From: an uncultured SAR86 cluster bacterium
GTDB lineage: Bacteria > Pseudomonadota > Gammaproteobacteria > Magnimaribacterales > D2472
Length of the DNA stretch: 61,766 nucleotides
Direction of reading: 5' to 3'
Assembly: GCA_902635645.1 (NCBI GenBank)
Contig: CACPON010000003.1
Location: 1 to 61,766, forward strand
A model generated the notes under the pieces. The model ran no database searches and was not told where the DNA came from. It was given only the letters and a program-made list of their open reading frames with translations. Positions 1 to 9,971 of this stretch are shown in pieces; position 1 is the first letter of the stretch, and each line of letters begins with the position of its first letter. Made by a program: the position numbers and the translations under genes.

Positions 1-45
1 GAAGAATCTGAAGAAAAAGATTCTTCAGATGATGAAAGCAAATAA
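1..45 (+). CDS. rpsP: 3' end of an upstream gene, probably 30S ribosomal protein S16 with an acidic C-terminal tail (partial)
   Basis: Frame 1 reads EESEEKDSSDDESK-stop (TAA 43-45). Identity is inferred only from the conserved rpsP-rimM-trmD-rplS order. Confidence 0.55.
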   Translation, partial: EESEEKDSSDDESK

Positions 46-571
46 TAAAAATACAGAAAATTTAATTTGCATTGCCTCTATAGGCAAACCTCGAGGACTA
101 AAGGGAGAATTCTTTCTAAACTCTTATTGCAACCCAAAAGAAAATATTCTCGAATATTCAAATTTTTATATTAAAAACAATAGTATTCCAAATTTTCAAA
201 TCGAATATATAAAAAAATTAAATAGTAAATTTTGTGCAAAAGTGACAGATATTAATGATATTGATGCTATAAAAAAATTTACCAACTCAAAAATATATAT
301 AAATAAACAAGATCTTCCTAATCTAGATGATAACGAAGCATATTGGTTTGAATTAATTGATATGGAGGTTATAGATAAAGACTCTGGTGATCTTTTGGGC
401 AAAGTTTCTTCTTTGAATAACTTCGGGGCTCAAGACTGTTTAGAAATTAATCCTACAAAATTGTCAGTAGATGATGAGAAAAGATTAATCCCGTTTATTA
501 GGGATGAATTTATTCAATCAATAGAAAGAGAAAAAAACATAATATATGTTAACTGGGATAAAACTTTTTGA
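29..571 (+). CDS. rimM: 16S rRNA processing protein RimM
   Basis: IGKPRGLKGE N-terminal motif, YWFELIDMEV, GAQD and LIPF motifs; lies upstream of trmD. Confidence 0.95.
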   Translation: MMKANNKNTENLICIASIGKPRGLKGEFFLNSYCNPKENILEYSNFYIKNNSIPNFQIEYIKKLNSKFCAKVTDINDIDAIKKFTNSKIYINKQDLPNLDDNEAYWFELIDMEVIDKDSGDLLGKVSSLNNFGAQDCLEINPTKLSVDDEKRLIPFIRDEFIQSIEREKNIIYVNWDKTF

Positions 572-572
572 T

Positions 573-1301
573 ATGCGGTTTAATATTCTTACAATTTTTC
601 CTGAGATTTTCAATGTACTTGAATATGGGGTTATATCAAAAACTTTTGATAATAATAATTCAATAGAGTGTTACGACATCAGAAAAAATGCAATAAATAA
701 ACATGGTCAAATTGATGGAAAGCTTTATGGAGGTGGTGAAGGTATGTTGATGATGCCTCAGCCATTAAAGGACACATTATTTGAAATTCCTGAAAATGAT
801 CGTGGTCATGTGGTATATCTAAGTCCACAAGGAACAAGGCTTACTCAAGATAAAATAATTGATTTATCATCAATGCAAGCATTAACAATACTTTGCGGAA
901 GATATGAAGGAGTTGATCAAAGGTTTATTGATAAATATGTTGATGAAGAAATTTCTGTAGGGGACTTTGTAATGAGTGGTGGTGAGTATCCAGCTATATG
1001 TTTGATAGATGCTATCGCTAGGAATTTACCTGGAACAGTTGGAAATGAAGATTCTGTTAAAAATGATTCATTCTTTAATGGTTTATTAAAAGGTCCTGCT
1101 TATACAAGACCAGAAATTTTTGAAGATGATCAAGTTCCTGATGTGCTTCTTTCAGGTAATCATTCAAGAATTAGTGAATGGAAAGCCAACAAATCTCTTA
1201 TTCAAACCTATTTAAGAAGACCGGACTTGATAAATAAGGTAAAATTAACAAAAAAACAAAAAAAACTCTTGGAAGAATTGGAATCTAAGGATATCCTATA
1301 G
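573..1301 (+). CDS. trmD: tRNA (guanine37-N1)-methyltransferase
   Basis: MRFNILTIFPE start (ATG 573 preferred over 546), YGGGEGM, LCGRYEGVDQR, SVGDFVMSGGE, YTRP and LLSGNH motifs. Confidence 0.97.
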   Translation: MRFNILTIFPEIFNVLEYGVISKTFDNNNSIECYDIRKNAINKHGQIDGKLYGGGEGMLMMPQPLKDTLFEIPENDRGHVVYLSPQGTRLTQDKIIDLSSMQALTILCGRYEGVDQRFIDKYVDEEISVGDFVMSGGEYPAICLIDAIARNLPGTVGNEDSVKNDSFFNGLLKGPAYTRPEIFEDDQVPDVLLSGNHSRISEWKANKSLIQTYLRRPDLINKVKLTKKQKKLLEELESKDIL

Positions 1302-1320
1302 CACTTTTTAGGCGAATATA

Positions 1321-1980
1321 ATGAATGAATCTGATAATAAAAATGTAGAAAATGAAGAAGTAGTTGCTGAGGCTGCTGAGGAAGCTTCTGAGGAATCAAC
1401 CGAAGAAGTAGTTGCTGAAGCTGCTGAGGAAGCTTCTGAGGAATCAACTGAAGAAGTAGTTGCTGAGGCTGCTGAGGAAGCTTCTGAGGAATCAACCGAA
1501 GAAGTAGTTGCTGAAGCTGCTGAGGAAGTTTCTGAAGAATCAACTGAAGAAGTAGTTGCTGAAGCTGCTGAGGATGATAAAGAAACTCAAGAGGAAGATT
1601 CGTCTCCAGTAGTTTCTTTGAATGAAAAAACACCCTCACAAATTGTCAGTGATTTTGAATCAAATCAATTAAAAGAAGATATTCCATCATTCAGACCAGG
1701 CGATACTATTGTAGTTTCTGTTAAGGTTAAAGAGGGTGATAGAACAAGATTGCAAGCTTTCGAAGGTGTTGTAATGGGTATTAAGAAAAGAGGCCTAAAT
1801 TCTTCATTCATTGTTAGAAAAATTTCAAGCGGCATTGGCGTTGAGAGAACATTTCAAACGCACAGCCCACTTATTGACTCTATAAAAGTTAAAAGAAAAG
1901 GTGATGTAAGACAATCCAAACTTTTCTACTTAAGAGACAGGTCAGGTAAATCAGCCAGAATTAAAGAAAGATTAGACTAA
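1321..1980 (+). CDS. rplS: 50S ribosomal protein L19 with a long acidic repetitive N-terminal extension
   Basis: The C-terminal half has [29 protein letters not shown] and [12 protein letters not shown]; the first ~95 aa are Glu/Ala-rich repeats. Confidence 0.95.
   Translation: MNESDNKNVENEEVVAEAAEEASEESTEEVVAEAAEEASEESTEEVVAEAAEEASEESTEEVVAEAAEEVSEESTEEVVAEAAEDDKETQEEDSSPVVSLNEKTPSQIVSDFESNQLKEDIPSFRPGDTIVVSVKVKEGDRTRLQAFEGVVMGIKKRGLNSSFIVRKISSGIGVERTFQTHSPLIDSIKVKRKGDVRQSKLFYLRDRSGKSARIKERLD
1354..1575 (+). repeat. 48-bp in-frame tandem repeat, about 4.6 copies, encoding [16 protein letters not shown]
   Basis: Copies begin at 1354, 1402, 1450, 1498 and 1546 (partial); copies 1 and 3 are identical. 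Confidence 0.97.
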
Positions 1981-1984
1981 TTAG

Positions 1985-2872
1985 ATGATCAAAGATAATA
2001 AAAAGGATCATTTACTTAGGTCCTTTTTAGATTCTCTATATATCGAAAAAGGACTTTCAAAGAATACTGTTTCATCATACAAGAATGATATTTCATCTTT
2101 TTCTTCATGGTGTGATAAAGAACATTTAGATCGATTGAAAATAACCGATCTTAATTTAAATAATTACATTTCAACTTTATTTAGTATTGGTTTAAAAAGT
2201 TCCTCAATAAATAGGAAGATTTCTTCTATCAAACATTTCTATCTTTTTTTATTAAAGAAAAAAGTTATTAAAAACTCTCCAGCAGACGAAATTACTACTC
2301 CAAAACAAGAAAAATATTTACCAACATCAATGTCTGAAGATGAAGTTGAAAGCCTTTTAGGAAGTCCAAAATCTAGTATAAAAATAGAAAGAAGAGATAA
2401 AGCAATGATAGAAATTCTTTATGCAACTGGTATGAGAATTTCTGAGTTAGTGAATCTTAAGCTCACAGATATAGATTTTAATAGATCTGTACTTAAAGTT
2501 TTTGGTAAGGGTTCTAAAGAGCGTTTAGTACCATATGGTGAAAAAGCAGCAGAGGCTTTGAGAATATATCTTGAAGATAGAAAAAAGTTAGATTCTAAAG
2601 ATGTTTTTTTAAGTAACAGAGGAACTAGAATAACTAGGGGAGCTTTTTGGCAAAGGATAAAGATTTATATTAAGCGTGAAAATCTTAAACCATCTATTTC
2701 ACCCCATACACTTCGACATGCCTTTGCTACACATCTTTTAAATAGAGGTGCTGATTTAAGATCTGTACAAATTTTACTTGGACATAGTGACTTATCTACC
2801 ACCCAAATATATACTCACATAGCAAAGAAACGATTAGGCGAAATTCTAAAAAAACATCACCCAAGAGGCTAA
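1985..2872 (+). CDS. xerD: Site-specific tyrosine recombinase XerD
   Basis: LYATGMRISEL, GKGSKERLVP, SPHTLRHAFATHLL and LLGHSDLSTTQIYTH motifs; xerD-dsbC synteny. Confidence 0.95.
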   Translation: MIKDNKKDHLLRSFLDSLYIEKGLSKNTVSSYKNDISSFSSWCDKEHLDRLKITDLNLNNYISTLFSIGLKSSSINRKISSIKHFYLFLLKKKVIKNSPADEITTPKQEKYLPTSMSEDEVESLLGSPKSSIKIERRDKAMIEILYATGMRISELVNLKLTDIDFNRSVLKVFGKGSKERLVPYGEKAAEALRIYLEDRKKLDSKDVFLSNRGTRITRGAFWQRIKIYIKRENLKPSISPHTLRHAFATHLLNRGADLRSVQILLGHSDLSTTQIYTHIAKKRLGEILKKHHPRG

Positions 2873-2873
2873 A

Positions 2874-3587
2874 ATGAAAAAATTTAATATTTCATTTGTT
2901 TTTATTTTGTTTTCCTTATTCATTGCATCCGATGAAGAGATAATCCGAAATAGTCTAGAAAAAATATTACCTGCAGGCTCAGAAATTGAGAGCATTCAAG
3001 AATCATCTATTCCTGGACTATACTCAGTTTATTATGGTGATCTGGAACCAATATATGTTACAAAAGATGGCAATTTTTTTATTTATGGTGATATCTATAA
3101 AATAAACATAGACTCTATTTCTAATATTACAGATTTAGAGATTTCAAAAAGAAGATCTATAATCCTATCGAATTTAAAATCTAGTGAATTAATTTCATTT
3201 AAATCTAAAAATGAGAAATATAGCGTGACTGTTTTTACTGATGTGGATTGTGGATATTGCAGGAAACTTCATAATCAGATTGAAGAATATAACAAGTTAG
3301 GAATTACAATAAACTATGCTGCTTTTCCAAGATCTGGTCTAGGTACTGATTCCTTTACAAAGATGGTCAACGCTTGGTGTTCAGATAATACTAAATTAAG
3401 CTTAACAAGACTTAAAAATAATAAAGAAGTAGATGTTAATTTTTGTGACAATCAACCAGTTTCAAAACATTATGCTATTGGAAAAAAATTAGGAGTTACT
3501 GGAACCCCCGCAATTTTTTCAACTGATGGAAATTTAATACCAGGATATTTATCTCCTGAGGATTTATTAACAAAATTAAAATCATAG
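2874..3587 (+). CDS. dsbC: Thiol:disulfide interchange protein DsbC
   Basis: Signal peptide, FTDVDCGYCRKLH active site, AFPR and GVTGTPA motifs. Confidence 0.93.
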   Translation: MKKFNISFVFILFSLFIASDEEIIRNSLEKILPAGSEIESIQESSIPGLYSVYYGDLEPIYVTKDGNFFIYGDIYKINIDSISNITDLEISKRRSIILSNLKSSELISFKSKNEKYSVTVFTDVDCGYCRKLHNQIEEYNKLGITINYAAFPRSGLGTDSFTKMVNAWCSDNTKLSLTRLKNNKEVDVNFCDNQPVSKHYAIGKKLGVTGTPAIFSTDGNLIPGYLSPEDLLTKLKS

Positions 3588-3591
3588 AGCT

Positions 3592-4779
3592 ATGCCTGAT
3601 CAAGATTTTACTAATGCACAAAAATTACCTCCATATATTTTTGGTCAAATAAATACTTTGAAACATGAAGCAAGACTTCGTGGTGAGGATATTATAGATT
3701 TTGGGATGGGCAATCCTGATCAACCTACACCAAATGTTGTCGTTGATAAACTAATTGAAACGGTTAAAAATCCTGTTACCCATAGATATTCTCAATCAGC
3801 AGGGCTACCAAAACTTCGTTTAGCTATAAAAGATTGGTATCTAAGAAAATATAATATTCAATTAAATCAAGATTCTGAGATTGTTACGTGTATGGGCTCT
3901 AAAGAGGGTATAGCCCATCTTTCCTTAGCTACCTTATCTCAAGATGATACTGTGATAGTTCAATCACCAACATATCCTATACATTCTTATGGCGTTGTAA
4001 TTGCAGGCGCCAATTTGCATTCGGTAACATTAAAAGATGATACGGATAAGTTTCTAGATGATGTTGAGGAGGCAATCAATAATTCTAAAACCAAGCCAAA
4101 AATGATAATAATTAATTTTCCATCTAATCCAACCACTCAATCTGTAACTGTTGAATTTTTTGAAAAAATTATAAAAATTGGAAAAAAATATGATATTTGG
4201 ATAATCCATGATCTTGCATATGCTGATATTGTATTTGATGAATATAAAGCACCTTCAATTTTAGAAGTTGATGGTGCAAAAGATATAGCAGTAGAATTTT
4301 TTACATTATCAAAGTCATATAATATGCCTGGATGGAGAGTTGGATTTTGTTGTGGAAATAAAAATTTAGTTCAAGCACTAACAAAAATTAAATCATATAT
4401 GGATTATGGAACTTTCACCCCAATTCAAGTTGCTGCAATTAAAGCAATAAATGAATGTGATAAAGAAGTAAGTGCAATTCGTGAAATGTATGAAAGCAGA
4501 AGAAATGAATTATGTGATGGACTTAATCGTATTGGCTGGGATGTTGAAAAGCCAGTTGCTACAATGTTTGTATGGGCAAAGATACCTGAAAAATATATTA
4601 AATTAGGTTCTTTAGAATTTAGTAAATTGCTTATTGAACATGCTCAAGTTGCTGTTTCTCCTGGAGGAGGTTTTGGTGAAGATGGTGATGAGTATGTTAG
4701 ATTTTCACTTATTGAGAATGAACAAAGAATTAGGCAAGCAATAAGAGGCATTAAAAACTTTTTATTAATGGAAATATAA
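3592..4779 (+). CDS. alaC: PLP-dependent class I aminotransferase, AlaC/YfdZ type
   Basis: LPPYIF, DFGMGNPD, NFPSNPT, HDLAYAD and TLSKSYNMPGWRVGF motifs; typical position before hom. Confidence 0.85.
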   Translation: MPDQDFTNAQKLPPYIFGQINTLKHEARLRGEDIIDFGMGNPDQPTPNVVVDKLIETVKNPVTHRYSQSAGLPKLRLAIKDWYLRKYNIQLNQDSEIVTCMGSKEGIAHLSLATLSQDDTVIVQSPTYPIHSYGVVIAGANLHSVTLKDDTDKFLDDVEEAINNSKTKPKMIIINFPSNPTTQSVTVEFFEKIIKIGKKYDIWIIHDLAYADIVFDEYKAPSILEVDGAKDIAVEFFTLSKSYNMPGWRVGFCCGNKNLVQALTKIKSYMDYGTFTPIQVAAIKAINECDKEVSAIREMYESRRNELCDGLNRIGWDVEKPVATMFVWAKIPEKYIKLGSLEFSKLLIEHAQVAVSPGGGFGEDGDEYVRFSLIENEQRIRQAIRGIKNFLLMEI

Positions 4780-6047
4780 TGGAAGAATTAAAAGTAGGAA
4801 TTTGTGGGTGGGGTAATGTTGCAACTGGATTATTTAGTGCGCTAGAGAATAATGCAGATATTATTGCCTCAAACTCAGGTGCTCAATTTACAGTTAGCGT
4901 CATAGGAGCAAGAAGAGACAATCCTAAATGTGATCCAGGTAATACACCTATCGAGAGGGATATATTTGATGTCATTAGTCATGATATTGATGTAGTGGTA
5001 GAACTAATTGGAGGAGTTGAGGTAGCAAGAGAACTAATTATTAAAGCAATCAAGAATAAAAAACATGTTGTAACTGCAAATAAAGCTGTTATATACCATC
5101 ATGGAGATGAAATCTTTAAATTAGCAAAAGAAAACGGAGTAAGAGTTCTTTTTGAATCTGCAGTTTGCGCTGGAACCCCAATTATAAAATTATTAAAAGA
5201 AGAGTTAGCTGCAAATAGAGTTTCAAAGATTTCAGGGATGTTAAATGGTACATCTAATTTTATCTTATCAAATATGGAAGAAGGTGCTGAATTTGATTCA
5301 ACTCTTGAATTGGCTCAGAAAGAAGGATATGCAGAGCCTGATCCAACCTTTGATATTGAAGGCATGGACGCCGCACATAAGATTGGTATTTTATCAGCTC
5401 TAGCCTTTGGAACATCTTTGCCTCCAAAAGATTTTTATGTTGAAGGCATTACAAAAATAGAAAAAAGTGATTTTACATATGCAATGGATATGGGTTATAC
5501 CGTAAAACATCTTGCAGTAGCTAAAGTTGATGAAAATCTTCTAGAGCTTAGGGCGCATCCTGCATTAATAAAGCTTGATTCACACCTTGCCAACTTAAAG
5601 GGTGTGAGAAATGGTATGGAGATAGATACAGACTTAATTGGAAAAATACATATAGCAGGCTCAGGAGCTGGACAGGAGTCAACTGCTTCTGGATTAATTT
5701 CAGACCTTATTAATTTAGCAAATTCAAAAGCTATAAATGATCAACCAGAAAACAATAATATTACTTCATATAAAGTCTCAGAATTTTCTGAACTTGTCTT
5801 TCAATATTATTTTTATATAGAAGCAGAAGATAAACCAGGTGTTATGGCATCAATAACATCTTTAATGGCATCAAAACAAGTAGGAATTGAATCAATTGTT
5901 CAAAAAGAAGAATTAGATGAAAATTGTGTTCCTATAATATTAATAACTGACCCATTTAAAGAAAGCGATCACTCAGAACTTCACAAAGAGTTATTAACTA
6001 TAGAATCGGTTAAAAATATCAGATCTATTAGAATAGAATCTAACTAA
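4779..6047 (+). CDS. hom: Homoserine dehydrogenase with C-terminal ACT domain
   Basis: GICGWGNVA, VVTANKA, LNGTSNFIL, GYAEPDPTFDIEGMDAAHK and DKPGVMA motifs. Confidence 0.95.
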   Translation: MEELKVGICGWGNVATGLFSALENNADIIASNSGAQFTVSVIGARRDNPKCDPGNTPIERDIFDVISHDIDVVVELIGGVEVARELIIKAIKNKKHVVTANKAVIYHHGDEIFKLAKENGVRVLFESAVCAGTPIIKLLKEELAANRVSKISGMLNGTSNFILSNMEEGAEFDSTLELAQKEGYAEPDPTFDIEGMDAAHKIGILSALAFGTSLPPKDFYVEGITKIEKSDFTYAMDMGYTVKHLAVAKVDENLLELRAHPALIKLDSHLANLKGVRNGMEIDTDLIGKIHIAGSGAGQESTASGLISDLINLANSKAINDQPENNNITSYKVSEFSELVFQYYFYIEAEDKPGVMASITSLMASKQVGIESIVQKEELDENCVPIILITDPFKESDHSELHKELLTIESVKNIRSIRIESN

Positions 6048-6049
6048 TA

Positions 6050-7438
6050 ATGTTATTCCACAGCACAAGGGGTAAGGACCACAACAGAACATTTGAGGAT
6101 GTTCTTATGCAGGGTTTAGCTGCAGATGGGGGTTTATTTATGCCTGATGCTTGGCCACAAGTCGATATTGAGAAAATAAAAACTCTTGATAGTTTTATTG
6201 ATGTGGCCAAATTCATAGTTCCTTTATTTACACAGTCTTCTTTCTCAGATGATGAGGTCTTGGAACTACTAGATGATACATGGCATGACTTTTCTAAAGA
6301 AAATTTTGCCACAATTCATCAGCTTGATGATACAAAATCTATTTTAGAGTTATTTCATGGACCTACAGCAGCCTTTAAAGATTTTGGACTTCAATTAGCT
6401 GCAGCATTTTTTAACAAATCATTATTAAAACAAAATAAAACAGCAATAGTACTAGGTGCAACTTCAGGAGATACTGGATCTGCTGCTATTGATGCATGTA
6501 AAAGATTTGATTCTATTAAAAGTTTTATTCTTCTTCCGGATGGAAATATGTCAGAAGTTCAAAGAAGACAAATGACCACAGTTGATAGTCCTAATGTTTT
6601 TACATTAAGAGTTAACGGAACATTTGATGATTGCCAGGATATTGTCAAACAAGCTTTTAGTGAAAGGTCTTTTCTCAAAGATGATCAATTTTTATTAGCT
6701 GTTAATTCTATTAATTGGGTAAGAATTATTGGCCAAATTTGTTACTATTTTTACGCCTCATTAAAAACTAATCAATTAAGAGAGCCCCTCAATTTTTCTG
6801 TTCCAACTGGAAATTTTGGAAATGTATTTGCTTGTTATTCTGCATACAAAATGGGCATGCCTTTAAATAAAATATTGGTAGCTGTAAATGATAATAATAT
6901 TCTGCATAGATTTTTTTCAGATAATGATTATTCAAAATCTAAAGTGTCAGAAACTCTTTCACCTAGCATGGATATAAGTATTGCAAGTAATTTTGAAAGA
7001 TTGCTTTATGATTTTTATGCAGAAAGAAACTCGTCAATTTGCGATCAGTTTTATAGAAACTTTCCTAAAACTCCAATTAATCTAGAAAAACACATGTGGG
7101 AGAAATCTAAGGATCTCTTTATGAGTTACTCAGTCGATGATGTTTCTACAGTTAAAGCAATGAAAGATACTTATGCTTCTTATAACTATTTAATTGATCC
7201 CCATACAGCTGTAGCAATTAAGGCAGTTGATCAAATTAATGAAAAACTTAATGGAAACACATTAATTCTATCTACAGCTCATCCAGCTAAATTTCCTGAA
7301 ATTATTAAGGATGCAGATTTAGAATTATCAGAAATACCCAAGACTCTTTTAGATGTATATAATTTAAAAGAAAGAGCTTCACATATGCCTGCATCCAAAG
7401 AATTAATTTTTGATTTTATAATTAAGAATAATTTATAA
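6050..7438 (+). CDS. thrC: Threonine synthase
   Basis: STRG, GLAADGGLFMP, ELFHGPTAAFKD, ATSGDTGSAA, PTGNFGN and TAHPAKF motifs. Confidence 0.97.
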   Translation: MLFHSTRGKDHNRTFEDVLMQGLAADGGLFMPDAWPQVDIEKIKTLDSFIDVAKFIVPLFTQSSFSDDEVLELLDDTWHDFSKENFATIHQLDDTKSILELFHGPTAAFKDFGLQLAAAFFNKSLLKQNKTAIVLGATSGDTGSAAIDACKRFDSIKSFILLPDGNMSEVQRRQMTTVDSPNVFTLRVNGTFDDCQDIVKQAFSERSFLKDDQFLLAVNSINWVRIIGQICYYFYASLKTNQLREPLNFSVPTGNFGNVFACYSAYKMGMPLNKILVAVNDNNILHRFFSDNDYSKSKVSETLSPSMDISIASNFERLLYDFYAERNSSICDQFYRNFPKTPINLEKHMWEKSKDLFMSYSVDDVSTVKAMKDTYASYNYLIDPHTAVAIKAVDQINEKLNGNTLILSTAHPAKFPEIIKDADLELSEIPKTLLDVYNLKERASHMPASKELIFDFIIKNNL

Positions 7439-7439
7439 A

Positions 7440-8537
7440 ATGGATTCCTCAGAACTTAAGAATAGCCTCAATGATCTTAAAATACGCCTAGATGATATTA
7501 AGGATGGGGTTTTTGACATTAACTCAAAAGAAAAACGACTTAAAGAAATTGAGAGCGAGCTTTCTAAAGAAGAAATTTGGTCAGATTTAGATTTATCTCA
7601 AAAAATTAGTAAAGAAAAAACAGCTCTTGAAAAAACACTAAATTCATTTAAATCCGTTGAGGAAAAAGTTACTGATGGTCTTATGTTCATTGATATTGCT
7701 GAAGAGGAGGGAGATGATAAATCTATATCTGAAATATTGGATAGCTTCAAAAGTATAGAAGAGTCTGTTGTTGAACTTGAGTTTAGTAAGATGTTTACAA
7801 ATAAAATGGATTCTGCATCGGCTTATGTAGAAATTCAATCTGGATCAGGAGGTACTGAAGCTCAAGATTGGGCTGAAATGTTACTCAGAATGTATACAAA
7901 GTGGTCTGAAGGCCGAGGTTTTAATTCTGACTTAATTGAAATTTCTCATGGCGATGTTGCCGGCATTAAATCAGCAACATTGCATGTAAGCGGTGAATAT
8001 TCTTATGGTTGGTTGAGAACTGAAACCGGAATACATAGATTGGTTAGAAAATCACCCTTTGACTCTGGCAGTAGAAGACACACATCTTTTGCATCTGTTT
8101 TTATTTCTCCTGAAGTTGATGACTCTATTGAAATAAATATAAACAATGCTGATATAAGAGTTGATACATACAGAGCATCAGGTGCTGGAGGTCAACATGT
8201 TAATAAAACTGATTCAGCGGTGAGACTGACTCATATGCCAACTGGAGTTGTTGCTCAATGCCAAAGTGATAGATCTCAGCATAAAAATAAAGAAAATGCT
8301 CTTAAACAATTAAAATCTAAGTTATACGAGTTAGAATTACAAAAACAAAACCAAGAAAGACAAGAATTGGAAGAAAGTAAATCAGACATAGGTTGGGGAA
8401 GTCAAATAAGATCATATGTTTTAGATCAGTCTAGAATAAAGGATCTAAGAACTGGTTATGAAACAGGAAATACATCGGCGGTTTTAAATGGTGATCTCGA
8501 TGAGTTTATGAAAGCAAGTCTTAAAGCGGGAGTATAA
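7440..8537 (+). CDS. prfB: Peptide chain release factor 2, continuous ORF with no internal frameshift
   Basis: GGTEAQDWA, SPF recognition tripeptide, GAGGQHVN and WGSQIRSYV motifs; upstream of lysS. Confidence 0.97.
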   Translation: MDSSELKNSLNDLKIRLDDIKDGVFDINSKEKRLKEIESELSKEEIWSDLDLSQKISKEKTALEKTLNSFKSVEEKVTDGLMFIDIAEEEGDDKSISEILDSFKSIEESVVELEFSKMFTNKMDSASAYVEIQSGSGGTEAQDWAEMLLRMYTKWSEGRGFNSDLIEISHGDVAGIKSATLHVSGEYSYGWLRTETGIHRLVRKSPFDSGSRRHTSFASVFISPEVDDSIEININNADIRVDTYRASGAGGQHVNKTDSAVRLTHMPTGVVAQCQSDRSQHKNKENALKQLKSKLYELELQKQNQERQELEESKSDIGWGSQIRSYVLDQSRIKDLRTGYETGNTSAVLNGDLDEFMKASLKAGV

Positions 8538-9971
8538 ATGGCTGAAGAAAATATTGGTGGAGAAGAGGGTATTATTGAAGAAAGAAGAAAAAAACTTCAA
8601 CTCCTTAGAGATAAAAATACAGCATATATAAACGACTTTTTAAAAGAGCATTATGCTAATGATCTTCATGGTCAATATGATGAGCTTTCAAAAGAAGATC
8701 TAGAATCAAAAAATATTGATAATATTTCTGTTGCTGGAAGAATTGTACTCATGAGGGTAATGGGTAACGCGAGTTTTGCGACCATAAGGGATTCTAGTGG
8801 CGATATTCAGGTTTATGTGAGTAAAAATACTGTAGATATTGATATATATGAAGATTTTAAAACTTGGGATTTAGGAGACATTGTTGGCATTAAAGGAAAA
8901 TTATTTAAAACAAAAACAAATGAGCTAACAATTGAGGCTAGTGCGGTTAGTTTGATTACAAAATCAATAAGACCTATGCCTGACAAATTTAAAGGTCTTG
9001 CCGATATTGAGACAAGATATAGACAAAGATATCTTGATTTAATGAGTAACGAAAACCAGAAGCAAGTATTTTTAAATAGGTCAGCTATTATTGAATCATT
9101 AAGAGAGTCTCTTAAAGATAGAAATTTTGTTGAAGTAGAAACACCTATGATGCATCCAATACCAGGCGGTGCTGTGGCAAGACCATTTGTTACTAAGCAT
9201 AATGCTTTAGATAGAGAGTTATTTTTAAGGATAGCTCCTGAGCTGTATTTAAAAAGACTTTTGGTAGGTGGTTTCGAGAGAGTTTTTGAAATTAATAGAA
9301 GTTTTAGAAACGAGGGCTTATCAACAAAACATAACCCAGAATTTACTATGCTTGAGTATTATGAGGCTTTTACAACTCTAGAAAATACCATTGAATTTAC
9401 TGAAAACATGATCAAAAAAGCATGTGAGCTTATTAATAATTCATTAAATATATCTTGGGGAGACGATCAAATTAATCTATCAAAATTTAGAAAAGCAAAA
9501 CTTGCCGATCTAGTTTTAGAACATAATGATTCAATTAGTGAAGATCAGATAGAAAAAATGGGTGGCAAAGAATTGCTTGAATTATTTGAATCAAGTGTAG
9601 AAGAAAATTTAATTGAACCAACTTTTGTCATTGGTTACCCTGTTGAAGTTTCACCTCTTTCAAGAAGAAATAATGAAAATCCAGAAATAGCTGATAGATT
9701 TGAACTATTTATTGGCGGTAAAGAATTAGCTAATGGCTTTTGTGAATTAAATGACCCAGATGATCAAGCTGACAGATTTAGAGAACAAGTCAAAGCCAAA
9801 GACACTGGCGATAAAGAGGCTATGTCATTTGATGAAGATTACGTAACTGCACTAGAGCATGGAATGCCTCCTGCAGTTGGAGTGGGTATTGGAATTGACA
9901 GATTGGTAATGATGATTACTAACCAAACATCAATAAGAGATGTTATTTTATTTCCTCAATTAAAATCTTAA
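8538..9971 (+). CDS. lysS: Lysine--tRNA ligase (class II)
   Basis: RYRQRYLDL, LRIAPELYLKRL, FRNEG, HNPEFTMLE and GIGIDRL motifs. Confidence 0.97.
   Translation: MAEENIGGEEGIIEERRKKLQLLRDKNTAYINDFLKEHYANDLHGQYDELSKEDLESKNIDNISVAGRIVLMRVMGNASFATIRDSSGDIQVYVSKNTVDIDIYEDFKTWDLGDIVGIKGKLFKTKTNELTIEASAVSLITKSIRPMPDKFKGLADIETRYRQRYLDLMSNENQKQVFLNRSAIIESLRESLKDRNFVEVETPMMHPIPGGAVARPFVTKHNALDRELFLRIAPELYLKRLLVGGFERVFEINRSFRNEGLSTKHNPEFTMLEYYEAFTTLENTIEFTENMIKKACELINNSLNISWGDDQINLSKFRKAKLADLVLEHNDSISEDQIEKMGGKELLELFESSVEENLIEPTFVIGYPVEVSPLSRRNNENPEIADRFELFIGGKELANGFCELNDPDDQADRFREQVKAKDTGDKEAMSFDEDYVTALEHGMPPAVGVGIGIDRLVMMITNQTSIRDVILFPQLKS

Noticed and set aside
1354..1575. 48-bp repeats as a possible CRISPR array
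   Set aside because: The repeats are contiguous with no unique spacers, are in frame within rplS, and no cas genes are present.
1208..1639. 143-aa Gln/Leu-rich minus-strand ORF
   Set aside because: It is the antisense shadow of the rplS repeat, kept open only by the repeat periodicity.
1985..2872. Tyrosine recombinase as a phage or island integrase
   Set aside because: Sequence motifs and rplS-xerD-dsbC synteny identify chromosomal XerD; no mobile cargo is nearby.
3588..7438. Thr leader peptide or attenuator for hom-thrC
   Set aside because: The genes are packed with gaps of 4 bp or less inside a longer operon, leaving no room for a leader; none was seen.
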